Source: Octopus vulgaris (Eukaryota). Taken from it: 64,000 bases of DNA. The DNA lies in contig OX597823.1 of the NCBI GenBank assembly GCA_951406725.2, positions 3,906,001 to 3,970,000 of the forward strand. Direction: 5' to 3'. The notes beneath the pieces were generated by a model. The model had not been told where the DNA came from. It was given only the letters and a program-made list of their open reading frames with translations, and searched no databases. The position numbers were made by a program, and so were the translations under genes. This document shows, piece after piece, positions 51,541 to 64,000 of this stretch (positions are counted from its first letter, which is position 1; each line of letters starts with the position of its first letter).

Positions 51541-52199
51541 AGCATACACATGCACGCATCCACACACACAGAGTTGGCTGTTTCTAGTGCCTGGGATTAT
51601 CAATTTCCTCTTGCCTGAGTGGTGCTTCCATGTTGATGGTGTTGCTGAGAAGGCCAGCCTTTACATAAAAGAGGCTGCAACTAAAATGGTAGAGAGTACG
51701 TTTGTTGTGTCAGTCATCTTGTGTTTGATAAGTATTTCCTCAACTTTCCCTTCGCTTCTCTTTTAACTTTAAAACTATTATCCATTCTGGTGGTGGCAGA
51801 GTGGCACCCATTGAGTGGTTCTAGGCTTCGGTATTCTATGTTTTTGTCACAATTCCAAACATTTTGAAGGTATGTGTATACACACACATATATACACACA
51901 CCTATATGTGTTTGTGAGTGTGTGCATGTTTGTGTCTCCTTGTCTTGACATTGAGTGGTTGATGTATGTGAATGTCATTAATTTCCAAATACATGTCTGA
52001 CCAGGGGGAAATACTACCTTCCTTGGAAACAGGTATGGGTTGGCAACAGGAAGGTCATCTGGCTGTAGAAAATCTACCTTAATAAACTTTACCCAACCAT
52101 TGCCAGCATGAAAAAGTGGACACTTTGCTCGAACATTGGGCCTGATGGAGGCAGTGACAGGTAACCAAGACCTTTGGCAATATATTGTGCTTGTTACAA

Positions 52200-52400
52200 G
52201 GTGGTGAGCTGGTAGAAACGTTAGCACGTTGGGCGAAATGCTTAGTGGTATTTTGTCTGTCTTTATATTCTGAGTTCAAATTGCCTTTCATCCTTTCAGG
52301 GTTGATAAATTAAGTACCAGTTGCATACTGGGGTTGATCTAAATGACTGGCCCCCCTCTCCCAAAATTTTGGGCCTTGTGCCTAGGGTAGAAAAGAATAT
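52200..52400 (+). mobile_element. SINE family B
   Basis: ggtggtgagctggtagaaacgttagcacg...gagttcaaattgcctttcatcctttcagggttgataaattaagtacc. Confidence 0.8.
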
Positions 52401-53055
52401 ACTGTGCTTGTGTTGAGCTGCCAAGCGAAGTGAGACTGAAGTTGTGGCTGATACCAGTGTCAGGTCAAATGGCACCCATGCCGGTGGCACATAAAAAACC
52501 ACCCACTACACTCTTGGAGTGGTTGGCATGAGGAAAGGCATCCAGCCGTAGAAACCTTGCCAGATCAGAACCTGGTACAACCCCCCCCCCCTCGGCTAAC
52601 CAGTTTTCAATCAAAACATACAACCCATGCCAGCATAGAAAATGGACGTTAACTGATGATGATGATAATGATGAATGGTACTTATATATATATATATATA
52701 CATAAATCATGTATACACACACATACAAACACATAATTACATAGACTCGAGTGGCACAAAGCCACCTCCCTCAGTACCACTCCCTCTTCCACTTGAGGAG
52801 GTCTTTGTCTTGCAAGTTACATGGTGACTCCACTGATGCTGGTGCCACATAGAAAGTACCAGTGCTGGTGCCAAGTATAATTGCACCCAGTACACTCTGT
52901 AAAGTGGTTGGTTTTTGGAAGGGTATCCAGCAGTAGGAACCATGCCAAAGTAGACAATGGAGCTTGGTGCAGCTCTCTGGCTTGCAAGCTCCTGTCAAAC
53001 TGTCCAACCCATGCCAACATGGAAGTTGGATATTAAATGATGATAATGATGATGA
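52400..53055 (+). mobile_element. Two tandem RTE 3'-end-derived copies
   Basis: Each ends in caacccatgcca(g/a)cat...ttaa-(TGA)n, at ~52620-52670 and ~53005-53055. Confidence 0.75.
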
Positions 53056-53721
53056 GGAACAAAATAAATAAATACATACACACACACACATATATATATA
53101 TGCATGCACAAACAAACTAATATATATGTAAGATACATATATTTACACAAACAGTGTACATAAATATATATATTATAAACATACCTATACAAACGTGTGT
53201 GTGTTCTTTATGTCTATGTAGATCTGTGTGATATTTAGTATGGTATGTTACATTACATTAACGAGTTAATAGTGATGTCCTGCTGTTTTTGTAACTGTGA
53301 GAGACGCTGTTATGTAAGCAAACCAGCAGGTTTGTCTTGAAAGCCCCTGTCATATAAATATGTGATCCTCTTTTATATAGGCTTGCATGATTTTACTGTC
53401 TAAGATAAATGTACTCACAATACCTGAGGTTTAAGAATGAAAGAGGTGGGGAAAAAAATGAATGTTGGCTAGACAAGAAAATAGCATTTGAAAGGATAAA
53501 AGTTTTGCTAGAATAATTAACATTGGCAACAATTTTTGTTTAATTACATTACTAGTTGTATATATGTCGAGGTGTGGTAGATATGTAGACATGGAATGTA
53601 GTCTTTGGGGTGTTTACTTCCATGCCTTTATATTCTGGTTTCAGATCCTACCCTGGGATCAACTTGATTTTTTTGCCTTTTTGCTGTGAATAAAATAGAT
53701 ATTATTCTAGTACTATCGTTC

Positions 53722-53990
53722 ATTTTTTTAACGTCCGCCTTCCATGCTAGCATGGGTTGGACGATTTCACTGAGGGCTGGCAAACCAAATGGCTGCACCA
53801 GGCTCCAATCTTGATCTGATAGAGTTTCTACAACAAGATGCCCTTCCAAACGTCAACCACTCCAAGAGTGTAGTGGGTGCTTTTACGTGTCACCGGCACG
53901 AGGGCCAGTCAAGTGGTACTGGCAACAGCCACACTCAAATGGTGTTTTTTTACGTGCACAGGAGCTAGTCCAGCATCACTGGCAACGACT
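53722..53990 (-). mobile_element. RTE 3'-end-derived copy
   Basis: ttttaacgtccgccttccatgctagcatgggttggacg...gagtgtagtgggtgcttttacgtg; same orientation and sequence as 9290-9460. Confidence 0.8.
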
Positions 53991-55929
53991 AAAAATCCAA
54001 TAATTAGTTCAAATCTTCTCAGCATAATGCTGTATCCATTGTCAGGACATTCATCTGCTAAATGACCCAACCCACTTGTCTATCATTACATAATGTAAAA
54101 CAGGGTCAAAATTCTGCTTTGTATAGAGCTAGTATTGACAAGGAATTCATTAGATTATAGTGGTGAGATCAATTCTTTGTATGGAAAACAATTATTGATT
54201 GGCAACATTCAGGAGATGATTAATCACTCTGCACCACTTAATGCTGCAAAAACTGGAGATAAGCCATGATAATGTGACAAAGATTAACTTCAAAAGCTGA
54301 TGGAGTAAATCATAAAGGGTTTAACAATATTATTTCTGCATTCTGTGTTCAAACCTCAGCAAGTTTCACTCTTGAACCTTCCTCTCTTACTTCTGAGACT
54401 GAGATAAGAGCTGAATGTCATATATTTATGTTTATATATATGTGTGTGTGTGTATACATACATGTATGTGTGTTTGGTTTTATGTTTATATACATTAAAA
54501 TGAATTTTCACCCAGCCTGGCAACTATTTGTGATACCAGTGATTTGTTAGTCACTTGTTTTTCTATATCAGCAGTTGTGAAAGTTGTTTAAGTATACAGT
54601 AGATAGCAGATACTTGCTACTGATGATGCACAGGCACACAAAAATCATGGGATCTAGCAATTGCACTGTTGCTGTTGAACACTTTCTTTTTGTCTGCTAC
54701 TGCTACTTCTGTGCTATTTAGCACTATACGTCTATGAGATGCTTTCTCAAGATAAATACCACACTATTGTGGCTTTCAAACATTATATCCACATACACAC
54801 ATATGTGTAAATAAATGTTTCTTTTTATGTGTGTGTGTGTGTATTTATTTTTTACTGGGGTACTAACCTTCGAAACACAGAGTAGTCGAAGCAGGGGCAG
54901 CTGAAGAAGGGGAATATTCCTGGTGTTGTATGTCTTGTACTCTGTTTTTTCGTTGTTTGAAGAAAGTCCGTTTCCATGTTTTTATATGTTTTCGTTTCTC
55001 ATTGTGCTCTACGTTTTTTTGGTGTCCTGTACCCATATATGCATGTATATATACATATAGATGTAGGTATGTACATATATGTATGTATATATGCATATCT
55101 TTTATTTATTATTTTCTTATTATATATATATAATTCTCTGTTAAACAATAATAGTTACATTTGTTACATATACCAGTGAGGAATACGACCAAATCAGATT
55201 CAAAATGTGAAATCTAAGACACTCCTAAACATAAGAGACGGTTATGACTGGAATGTCTTTTGATCACAGGTCTGCTTGATTAGCATTAACTTGGTATCAT
55301 ATAACAGCAACAACTGATCAAATCCAAACATTCATAAAATTAGTCACCAGATCACTCTCAAATGCAATGCTACTTTCATATTATAGAAAGACACATTAAA
55401 TAGTGTAGCCCTAGACACTCTTGCCTGAAAAAACTATTGCAACGTATGCTGTTGAACCTAATTTGATCATAGTTTTGCTTGATGAGGGTTGACTGCAGAT
55501 ATTGGCTAAACAACAACAGGATGAAATGCATTACAGCATTCATTTACTTTCTTGTCAACTTAAAATTTAAACTTTACTAGTAATTGATTTTGTTATCAAC
55601 TGGATAACTTAAGAACAGTTATAACGGATATTGCAAAGTTTATTAAATCCATTATTTGAGTAACAAAATATCTTGCAGTATTTGATCCAGCTATTCATAT
55701 TCTGTGTTCAAATCTTGTTTAGGTCAGTCAACTTCACCTTCCATCCTTCCTGAGTTGGAAAAATTAAGTACTAATCAAGTAGTGGAATAAACTTAATCAA
55801 TTGCCAATCTGTGCCACAACACAATAAGCTAGTATGATACATTACAGTCCAAATCTTCACCCAACTGTGGAGCACTGAGAAAAAACTGGAAAGATAGTCT
55901 ACTTGGAGTATACTGCTTCCACATCGATG

Positions 55930-56060
55930 CTTTCTATCAACTGAGCTATACCAGAGTGGAAGATATCATTCACATAGGACTCTGCAGAGTCCTACCTCGC
56001 CATGAAACATGATATTGTTGCTAATCACATTTACAATGTTATCAACAAGGACTGTCATGA
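55930..56060 (+). pseudogene. Old RLE-type non-LTR fragment (knuckle/RHD-like region)
   Basis: VEDIIHI...(frameshift)...YLAMKHDIVANHIYN resembles the E.I.HI..C...RHD.VA motif. Confidence 0.4.
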
Positions 56061-57419
56061 TGGTCACACCAAATGCACATCAGAAGCAGAACGTGTTCTT
56101 TTATATATTTCACTCATTGGACTGCAGCCATTCAGGGGCACTGCTTTGAAGGGATTAGTTAAACTAAATGGTCCCACTACTTACATTTTGTGAGCCTGGC
56201 ACATAATCTGTGTCTTTTGCTGAACCACTAAGTTAGTTACTAAGTTAGTAATATCATTTGTCAAATGGTAGGGGTCACAAACACAAAGACATACACACAC
56301 ATACATACAAACGGGTGTATGTATACACAAGGGACTTGCACAGTTTCTGACTGCCAGCTCCACTCACAAAGTATTCACAGGCTGCAGTCAAAGATTATAC
56401 AGCTACACATGTGGGTGTAAACACATACTTGTATATCCACATGTATGTGTGCATGTATCCATGTGTATACACACAAATGCTTACGCATTTGCATACGTGT
56501 ATGTATATGATGGACTCTCCCTTCATTAGACATCATATGAGGGTTCAACAATTTCTTATTGAAGCCCCACACAGATGATTTGTTTATAGTGATCAAATGT
56601 TTGTGTACACATAAGCTCACTCCCTCCTTCAAACTGACACTACCTGTACAGGTGCAACGAGTCAGGTAACAAAATGATCACAAAGCAACGTGAAATGAAG
56701 TGCTTTGCTCAAGAGCACAATGCAACACCTGGTCTGGGAATCAAACCCACAATCTTGCATTCATGAATGAACACCTTAACCACTGAGCCAAGCATCTTCA
56801 CACATGTGTATGTATATATATATATATATGTATTTGTGTGTGTGTGTGTGCATGTGTGCGCATATATATACATAGACACTCACACACATATGCATATTTG
56901 CGTGTGTATATATAAATATATGATATATACACACATATATTCACACCCATGCTAGCTGGGTCCAACCCATGCTAGCATGGAAAGCGAACATTAAACAATG
57001 ATGATGATGATGATGTATGTATATATATGTGAATATATATATACCTATATACATATTTATACATATATGTATATGCACATGTATACATTTATGTGTATCT
57101 CATATGTGTGTGTATAGCTAAGTGTATATATACATACACATGCATGTACATGCACACACACACACACACACATTTTCCTTTTCTTTTGCTTCTTAGTAAA
57201 ACTAAGAATGCATGATAATCTGTATTTATTTATTTATTTTTTATCTTTGTCTTCTACCGTAGGAGGCTGTCTGCCTGTTGGAACCTTTTTGGTATTTCAG
57301 GAATTTATTGGGATAATGACATTGAGAGATCTGGAATTTGCAGGAATGCTGAGAAGATGGCTGGGTGTGAAGTGTTGCTATCTAACAGCAACAAATGTTC
57401 TTGCGTGTTTCTTGCATAT

Positions 57420-58270
57420 TGTTTGTGTCGATGCGTGCATATGTGTTTCTTGTAGGTATGTGTGTGTGTGTGTGTATGTGTATTTAGAATTATGGGAGTT
57501 TGCATGTAGAGGTGTATATTTGTGTGTGAGTGTGTATTTGTGAATGTATATGCATTTATGTGTCTTCCTCTGTATGTATGCTTGTGCATTTGAGATTTTG
57601 CATAAATGTATGTGTAGAGCCATGCATGCATGTTATATCTGGATCTATGCACAAACACATGTTTCTATGTGTTTGCATACAGATGTGTATGTGTGTGTGG
57701 AGGAGTGCATGTCAGCATATATGTGTGTGTGTGTGTCTGTACTAATGTGTTTGAGCGTGTATGTGTGTTTGTATATAAATGTGTGTGTGTGTGTGTGTGT
57801 AGAGGCTTATATGTGTATATTTGTGTATGCATGAATTAATGTTTCTCTGTGTGTGTTAGCATATAAATTTGTATGTAGAGAGGTGTGCATGAGTGTATAT
57901 GTGTTTCTGTGTGAGCGCTAATGTGCACTGTGTGTGTTTTTGCATATGAATTTTTTTGTGTAGGGGCTAGCATACATTGTGTATTTGTGTATGCAGGCAC
58001 TTTTTTCTTTGAATAGGTATATCTATATGTATGTGTATGCATGCATGTGTGTGTATGTCTATATGCTTGTGTTAGCGTATAAATACATGTGTGTAGAGGT
58101 GTGCATTCAGACATGTGTATTTGTGTTTGGTAGACATATTTGCTCCATTGTGTGTGTGTGTGTGTGTGTGTGTAGATGTATGTTATGTGGGTATATGTGT
58201 GTTTGGTTATGAAAGTTTGTGCATTTCCATGCATGTGTATGTATTTATGCATGTGTGTGTGTGTATATAA
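57420..58270. repeat. Degenerate (TG/TA)n low-complexity tract
   Basis: Alternating purine/pyrimidine dinucleotides; source of many Cys/Val/His/Thr pseudo-ORFs. Confidence 0.9.
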
Positions 58271-59644
58271 AAGGCATTCAAAACTTGGTTTGTCACACAT
58301 ATATTTGATGCTTGCTTCTGATAAATCTTGAAATATTTGGTGCAGTTTTGTGTGAGACTTGGGTATTAAAAGAAATATATTAAAAAAGAAAGAAAAATGG
58401 GGTGAAGAATAAAAGGAAGAAAGAAAGAAGTACAAATAGGAAAAAAGGGAAGAGAAATAGAGGGGGGAAAGAAAGAAACTAGGGAAATCTTATGGAATTC
58501 TCAAGAAGTAAAGTTACATTTATACTCAAGCTGATATTTAACAGTAAAACAGCAGCAGGATTTGCATAATCAGTAGAGTGCTAGTGAAATAAATAAATTG
58601 ATGTGTATTGTGGTAGCAAAAGGTAAATAGTCTGAAAATGACAAAATGTAGCAGGAGATAAGATGTCAGTAATGCCTATAAAAGAAACATTTAACTTGTA
58701 TAGCCAAGGACTAGAGAGCAGAGTTAAGAGTCAGTGACTCGTGACCATCTGCTGGATTCCTTTATAAAAGAGAAAAATCTCAGAGCTTCCATGGTTTCTG
58801 AAATATCTCACTCCTTTCTTTTCCCAGGGCCTGACAGCAGACAGATTTGTTTCATGTCATTAAATTTCTATCCAAGTTACTGGCTGTCAGATATAACAGA
58901 TATAGATCTTTAGCAGGGAGACCAAACTGATAGTTTAGTAACCCGCTAAAATAAACATTAAAAATCGAAAGGAGGAAATAAGCAGCTTTGCAAGTTTAAC
59001 TCAGTGTTTATTGAATAGGGGAGGTGCAAAATTTAAGAAGCAACTTGTTAGAATATACATGTCTGTGAGGAGACATAAACAAGAATAGCAAAAATCTACA
59101 ATACCAAAAGAACTGCTAATACATACATTGCAAGTGTTGATTGCTGCATAATCATATACATTAAACATCGTATAAGGTAAATGAAGGTTTCTGCAGGAAT
59201 GATAAAAGTCATATTCGCTTAGAGAATTTATATACATGACGACGAATTATGATGTTGCTGTTGGTGTTAGATGCAGTAAGAACTGGTAGCAGCGATATTG
59301 GCAGTGATGAATTTCATTGTGTTGTAACATGGAGAAAGTGAGCAATAACTTCCTGGTGGCAATGCAAGCAAGACCCCCTAAGCAGAGAAAAACTGATCTA
59401 TTTAAGGAAATTGCCAGGCTCCACAGAGATGTGAAAGGTTTTTCTGCCAAGAGAACACGTGATCCATTTGAGTGCATCTGATTGCTTGATCGGGTAATTT
59501 AGCGGAATTGTTTGGGAAACAAATTGCACCTAAAAACTAACCAATCAGAGCAAATGGTTAAAACATGATCTTTATAGCTAAGTGTTCTCTGCTACGTCCA
59601 AACAACAACTATAAATAAAAGGGAGGGAGAATAGTTTGTTATTT

Positions 59645-60093
59645 ATAATAATAATAATAATGAAATTATTGTATACAGTGCTCAGGTGCACCACAACTTG
59701 TCAGAAAGTGCATATAAAGTACATGCAGTAATGTAAAAATGTCTGGAAAGCAAACAATGTATGAGTCAGATACATGCCTGTGTGTGTATGGAGGGGAGAA
59801 AATCAGGTGTAGTGTTGGCGAATCTCAGAAAGCATGGAAGTTTTGAAGGATGCAGTGCTCCGACAACTAACAACTGATGCCGGCAGTTTGTTCCATGCTT
59901 CAGCAACTCTCAGCGTGAAAAAATGTTTCCTGAAGTCATGGGAGCTGTGCTGTTTTCTGACTTTGTAAATATGTCCACGAGTGTTAGATGGGTGGAGTTT
60001 GAAAAGGTGCTCAGAGTTATTGTTTGTACGATGGTTGATAATTTTATGGGTGTCTGCCAAGTCAGCTGCCAGACGTCGGAGTTTCAATGTGTT
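59645..60093 (-). mobile_element. CR1/L2-type LINE 3' end with (TTA)n tail
   Basis: TLKLRRLAADL..THKII...NTRGHIYKV....RKHFFTLRVAEAWNKLP..VV.....FK, the typical CR1-type ORF2 C-terminus. Confidence 0.85.
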
Positions 60094-60949
60094 TATGCTT
60101 TTGTCAATCCATTCTGCTACAGATCTCAAGTTCAATATCAGTGGAGACCTAGCAGACATTCAAACTAGGCATTACCTGCATCAATTTCACAACTTTAGGA
60201 ACAACCAATAAATATTGTGGGTCCTATCCCACTTTGGTTTGCTAGCTTTGGTCATGATCTGTGCTGGAGCAGAGTTTTCAAGGATATTGTTGAGCAGACA
60301 GACGCCAGTACTTATTTTCAAGCTTGATATTCATATTATGAATCTCAATTTGCTGAACCACTGAAATTTGAGACTAATCTAAGCACAGGTATAGATACAA
60401 ATGAAAAAATACAATATGTAAACACACACACACATCCATGCATATATGTATGTTTATGTGCATGTGTGAATGAGTGTTTTTGTGTCTCTTTGTCTTGATG
60501 TCATGTGACAGTTGCAAATGATTGCCACTGTGATGCTAGCAGTGTCATTCAGTTCAAATATGTCCGGCAAAGGGGAAATATCATCTTCCTTGGGAACAGG
60601 TAAAGGCTGACAACAGGAAGGGCATCTGGTCATAGAAAATCTGTCTCAATAAATTGTCTCACCTATACAAACACGGAAAGGTGGATGCTAAAATGATGAT
60701 GACAAGCATACACACTCGCCATGCTGGGCCACTGAAATCTACAAGTTATTTTCATTCTCTCTGTTTATTTTCTCTCATTTCTTTCTGTTGAAGAGCGTAG
60801 GCTCGAAATGTAAAACACTTTTTTCATTTTCCTGAGCACCAAACTAATACACTTGCTTGTTGTTCATACACCCATCTTCATCTTTTGTTTTACTATAAAT
60901 TTCAACTGTGTATGTGTGTGTGTGTATACATACATTATATATACATATG

Positions 60950-62012
60950 TCTATATATATAAAACTCAACTTGAGTGTCTGTGTGTGTGTCTGTGTGTTT
61001 AACTTCCCAGCACATCTCCTCCTAGCCAACAAATCGTAGAACCACCAAAAATGGGTCACTTAAAGTTTAGGCGAATGAAAATTGAACTGCACTATTTCTG
61101 TTCCGAAATTCATCTCGCAAGTGCAAAAATCGATAATGTGTTTGTTTAGGCCTTATCCCATGCATTGAATAGTGAAATTTACTCAGTCAGCTGTTTGACG
61201 TGAACTGTGTTCACCACGCGTAAATTGCATGAAAAATAAAAAATCAAGATATAAAAATGAATCGCCGTAAACATTGTAGAAATTCGGCAAAGAAATGAAT
61301 TTTCGGGATGTAGCCTGGAGGGTTTTTTCGTATTAATCGTTTTGACTTTGTGAACACATACCAACTGTTTTCATAACATTTTTAATGCTTTGAATTAAAT
61401 GTGACCATTTTGCGTTGAGTCTGCAGTTTGAATCACTTTAACCAAATTTTAGCAGGCCGGATTTTTAATCATCACGATACATCGCCAGCGACTCCCTGAA
61501 ACTCTCCCCTGAAATTCCCGTTGAGAAATCTATATATATAAAACTCAACTTGTGTGACTGTGTGTTTAACTTTTGGATCTACCAAGTTTCATTATTAAGG
61601 ATGGAAAGTAGTGTGTAGCAAATCTATATATATAAAGCTGAAGTTGTCTGTGTGTGGCAGGTTTGGTAGCCTTCAACTGACACTATCTCCTTCGAGACCC
61701 TGCAGCGCAAGTTGACCAAAAATGAGAGTATGATAGAAGAAGGCTTGCTCTTCATTCTGTAGAAGATAAAATTCAAATCGGACCATGTTAACACCAAAAA
61801 TTATTTACATCAAAAAGGTGCTTTTTTTTAATGAAAATCCCTATTTTTTATGATTTTTGACTGCTGTGTCACCATTTTCCAGTGTATTTCAACTAGAAAA
61901 AATGTTCACTTGAAGAGAATATCAAGTTGCATAATGCAAAATTTTTACTTTTCAAAAATTCCAATTCTAAAGGGTCGAAACAAACCCAAGCAACACCGGG
62001 TGATACTGCTAG
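60950..62012 (+). mobile_element. Composite non-autonomous Helitron (three 5' termini, one 3' terminus)
   Basis: TCTATATATATAAA at 60950, 61529 and 61623; 3' hairpin CCCAAGCAACACCGGG and CTAG|T at 62009-62013, homologous to the end at 26767-26796. Confidence 0.8.
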
Positions 62013-62324
62013 TATATATATATTACACAAGAACAAATAAATGATAATGCCAACAGGAAGGAAACCATTTCCTGTAAAAATTTATAATCATGTAACTACC
62101 TATTCATCTACATCTAAAAATGTGTGTGTGTGTGTGTATGCTCTTAGGTACAATTCATATGAGTAGATAGGTAAGATGAACAGCAGTATAAATATAGAGC
62201 AAGATATACTGATAAACAGACAAGAGAACAAATGGATAGCTACAATGATAAACATTAACACACACGCATTTATATATTTAGTTTTACTGAAGCTGAAAAG
62301 ACTAAACTGTTACTCAAACCTTCA

Positions 62325-62740
62325 CTTAACTGATCATCAGACAATATATTTTTGGATCTTTTCGGTTTGAATGGCAGTTTTTAACATAATTTCTAGGTAA
62401 CTAAAAAATTTTAAATTTCGTATGCTGGTAGGATGTGTTTATAAAACATCTTTTTCTCTTGGCTTTATTGAGGAAATTCTATAGTTTGTAAGATATTTGT
62501 TGTTGTTTTTCTTCAATTTCTGCAATTTCAACCAATCACCGACGTCTATTGAGGGAAAAAAACATTCTGTGCCGTATGAATATATCCCTCGTTTAAGAAA
62601 CAGATTGGATTTATTTACATTTCTGAAGAAAAAAGATACCCTTCCTCCCGGAATCCTAACCCTAACCCTAAAACAGATTGAAATGCAATAAATCGATACT
62701 AGGGTCATAATTATGGGTGACAATTTCATATGACACCGCT
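62325..62740. mobile_element. Interspersed repeat containing a telomere-like (CCCTAA)n patch
   Basis: cctaaccctaaccctaa at ~62655-62671 within a non-microsatellite block; family unassigned and boundaries approximate. Confidence 0.35.
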
Positions 62741-64000
62741 ATTTCCAACAGATTCCTGTTAGTTTCAAAAGTATGAATGCCCTGTCTGATCAGCTTTTAA
62801 ATGTTTCTTTGATGAGTTGCTAAATAATTATCACTGCCACCATTCATATCTATTTACAAATGATAGTAAGTGTTCAAAATACAACTGTCTGATGATCAAT
62901 TATATAAACTGGAGTAACAGTTTGTGAAGTCTTTACAGCTTCAATAAAACATCGATTTTCCCTACTTATAAATATATATATATATATACATGCACACACA
63001 CACATATATACATGCACACACACACACACACACACATAAAATGACAGATTAAAATAGATACTGTAACATAGATGCATATTTATGCCTGGATGAATAAGTA
63101 CTTTTATAACAATATATTTTTGCCGGAAGTCTTTTTCTTCCGGTTGGCATTCAAACATAATTTTATGTGTTTGTGTGTGAGTATGCTTACAAGTGTGCAA
63201 ATCCTTGCGAATGCATGCGTGTGTGCGTGTGTGTGTGTGTTCCATGTTGCTTTGGTTGCTACAAATAAACATTTATGCATATGTGTAATCTTGTAAAACC
63301 TGTAATATGGTTAGACAGTGACTAAACTCACATCCTCAACTTCTATCCCACTGTGTCCCAGTTCAGGTTACATGATTAGGAAAAGGTAGGGACCAGGGAT
63401 AGACTCAGTACTAACTTATTCCTCTTAAAGCAAAGTTTTTGTGCAGGTTTTTTAGTCACCATGTTTTCTTTTTGTTTTGTTTTTTTTATCTCAAATTCAG
63501 CATTATTCAATGTGGGTTGCTTACATTTTTATGCTCCTAGGGTGATTTGAAGGAGATATTCAGGGCAGACTCAATTATTATACATCTGAAAAAATTCACT
63601 GAAAACATTTTATAAACTTTAAATCATAGTTCAAGTTTGACCGATGACTTCATTTTATTGTGATATGGTCAAGAGGAGTAAGTTGGTAGGACTTCTTGAG
63701 ACAACCAGATGTGTTGAGTTTTGTAAGTTCAAAAACAGTGTTTCTTTCATTTTATTTCTTTTTTTATTACATGAATTTGTGAAAAATAACTTGGATGTTA
63801 TGAAGTGGTTTCCGACAGACCAACAGTTTCAAGAGGCAAAAGTTTAAGTGAAAAGGTCTAGATATAAATGGCAATATCAGAATTATAAAAATTAGCCCAT
63901 ATTAAATTTATGAGTACAGGCAGCAAGGCCAATAGAAGAGCAGAAAAACCAGCAAATGGATAGTTTGTCTATTGTTATACTGTTAGAGGATCTGGTTCAA

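Noticed and set aside
57262-57365. Candidate exon after a good polypyrimidine/TAG acceptor
   Set aside because: Weak donor, ambiguous frame, no recognisable peptide, and embedded in low-complexity DNA.
56375-58435. Numerous Cys/Val/Tyr/His-rich ORFs
   Set aside because: Products of (TG)n/(TA)n/(CA)n low-complexity sequence.

Overview
AT-rich eukaryotic non-coding DNA (intron or intergenic), packed with microsatellites and transposon remnants. The SINE/LINE repertoire looks like a cephalopod (Octopus-like) genome; this is an inference from family recall. I found no confident host protein-coding gene, rRNA, true tRNA or CRISPR array. Recognisable elements: a degenerate HERO-like RLE non-LTR retrotransposon (~4.4-6.7 kb), an RTE LINE with an inverted 5' endonuclease segment (9.3-11.6 kb), R4/Dong-like fragments in (TAA)n, a compact rearranged Gypsy-type LTR element with a 4-bp TSD, composite Helitrons, hAT/piggyBac-type MITEs, CR1-type 3' ends and several tRNA-derived SINE families. 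The dominant feature is an ~11.5-kb tandem array of a 30-bp monomer (32485-44022) with two levels of higher-order repeat. Its flanks suggest it expanded inside the C-terminal coding remnant of an internally deleted RTE-type retroelement. A second notable item is a tRNA-headed short element carrying a minimal hammerhead-ribozyme motif between inverted arms (13020-13435). Family names come from motif recognition and need database confirmation.
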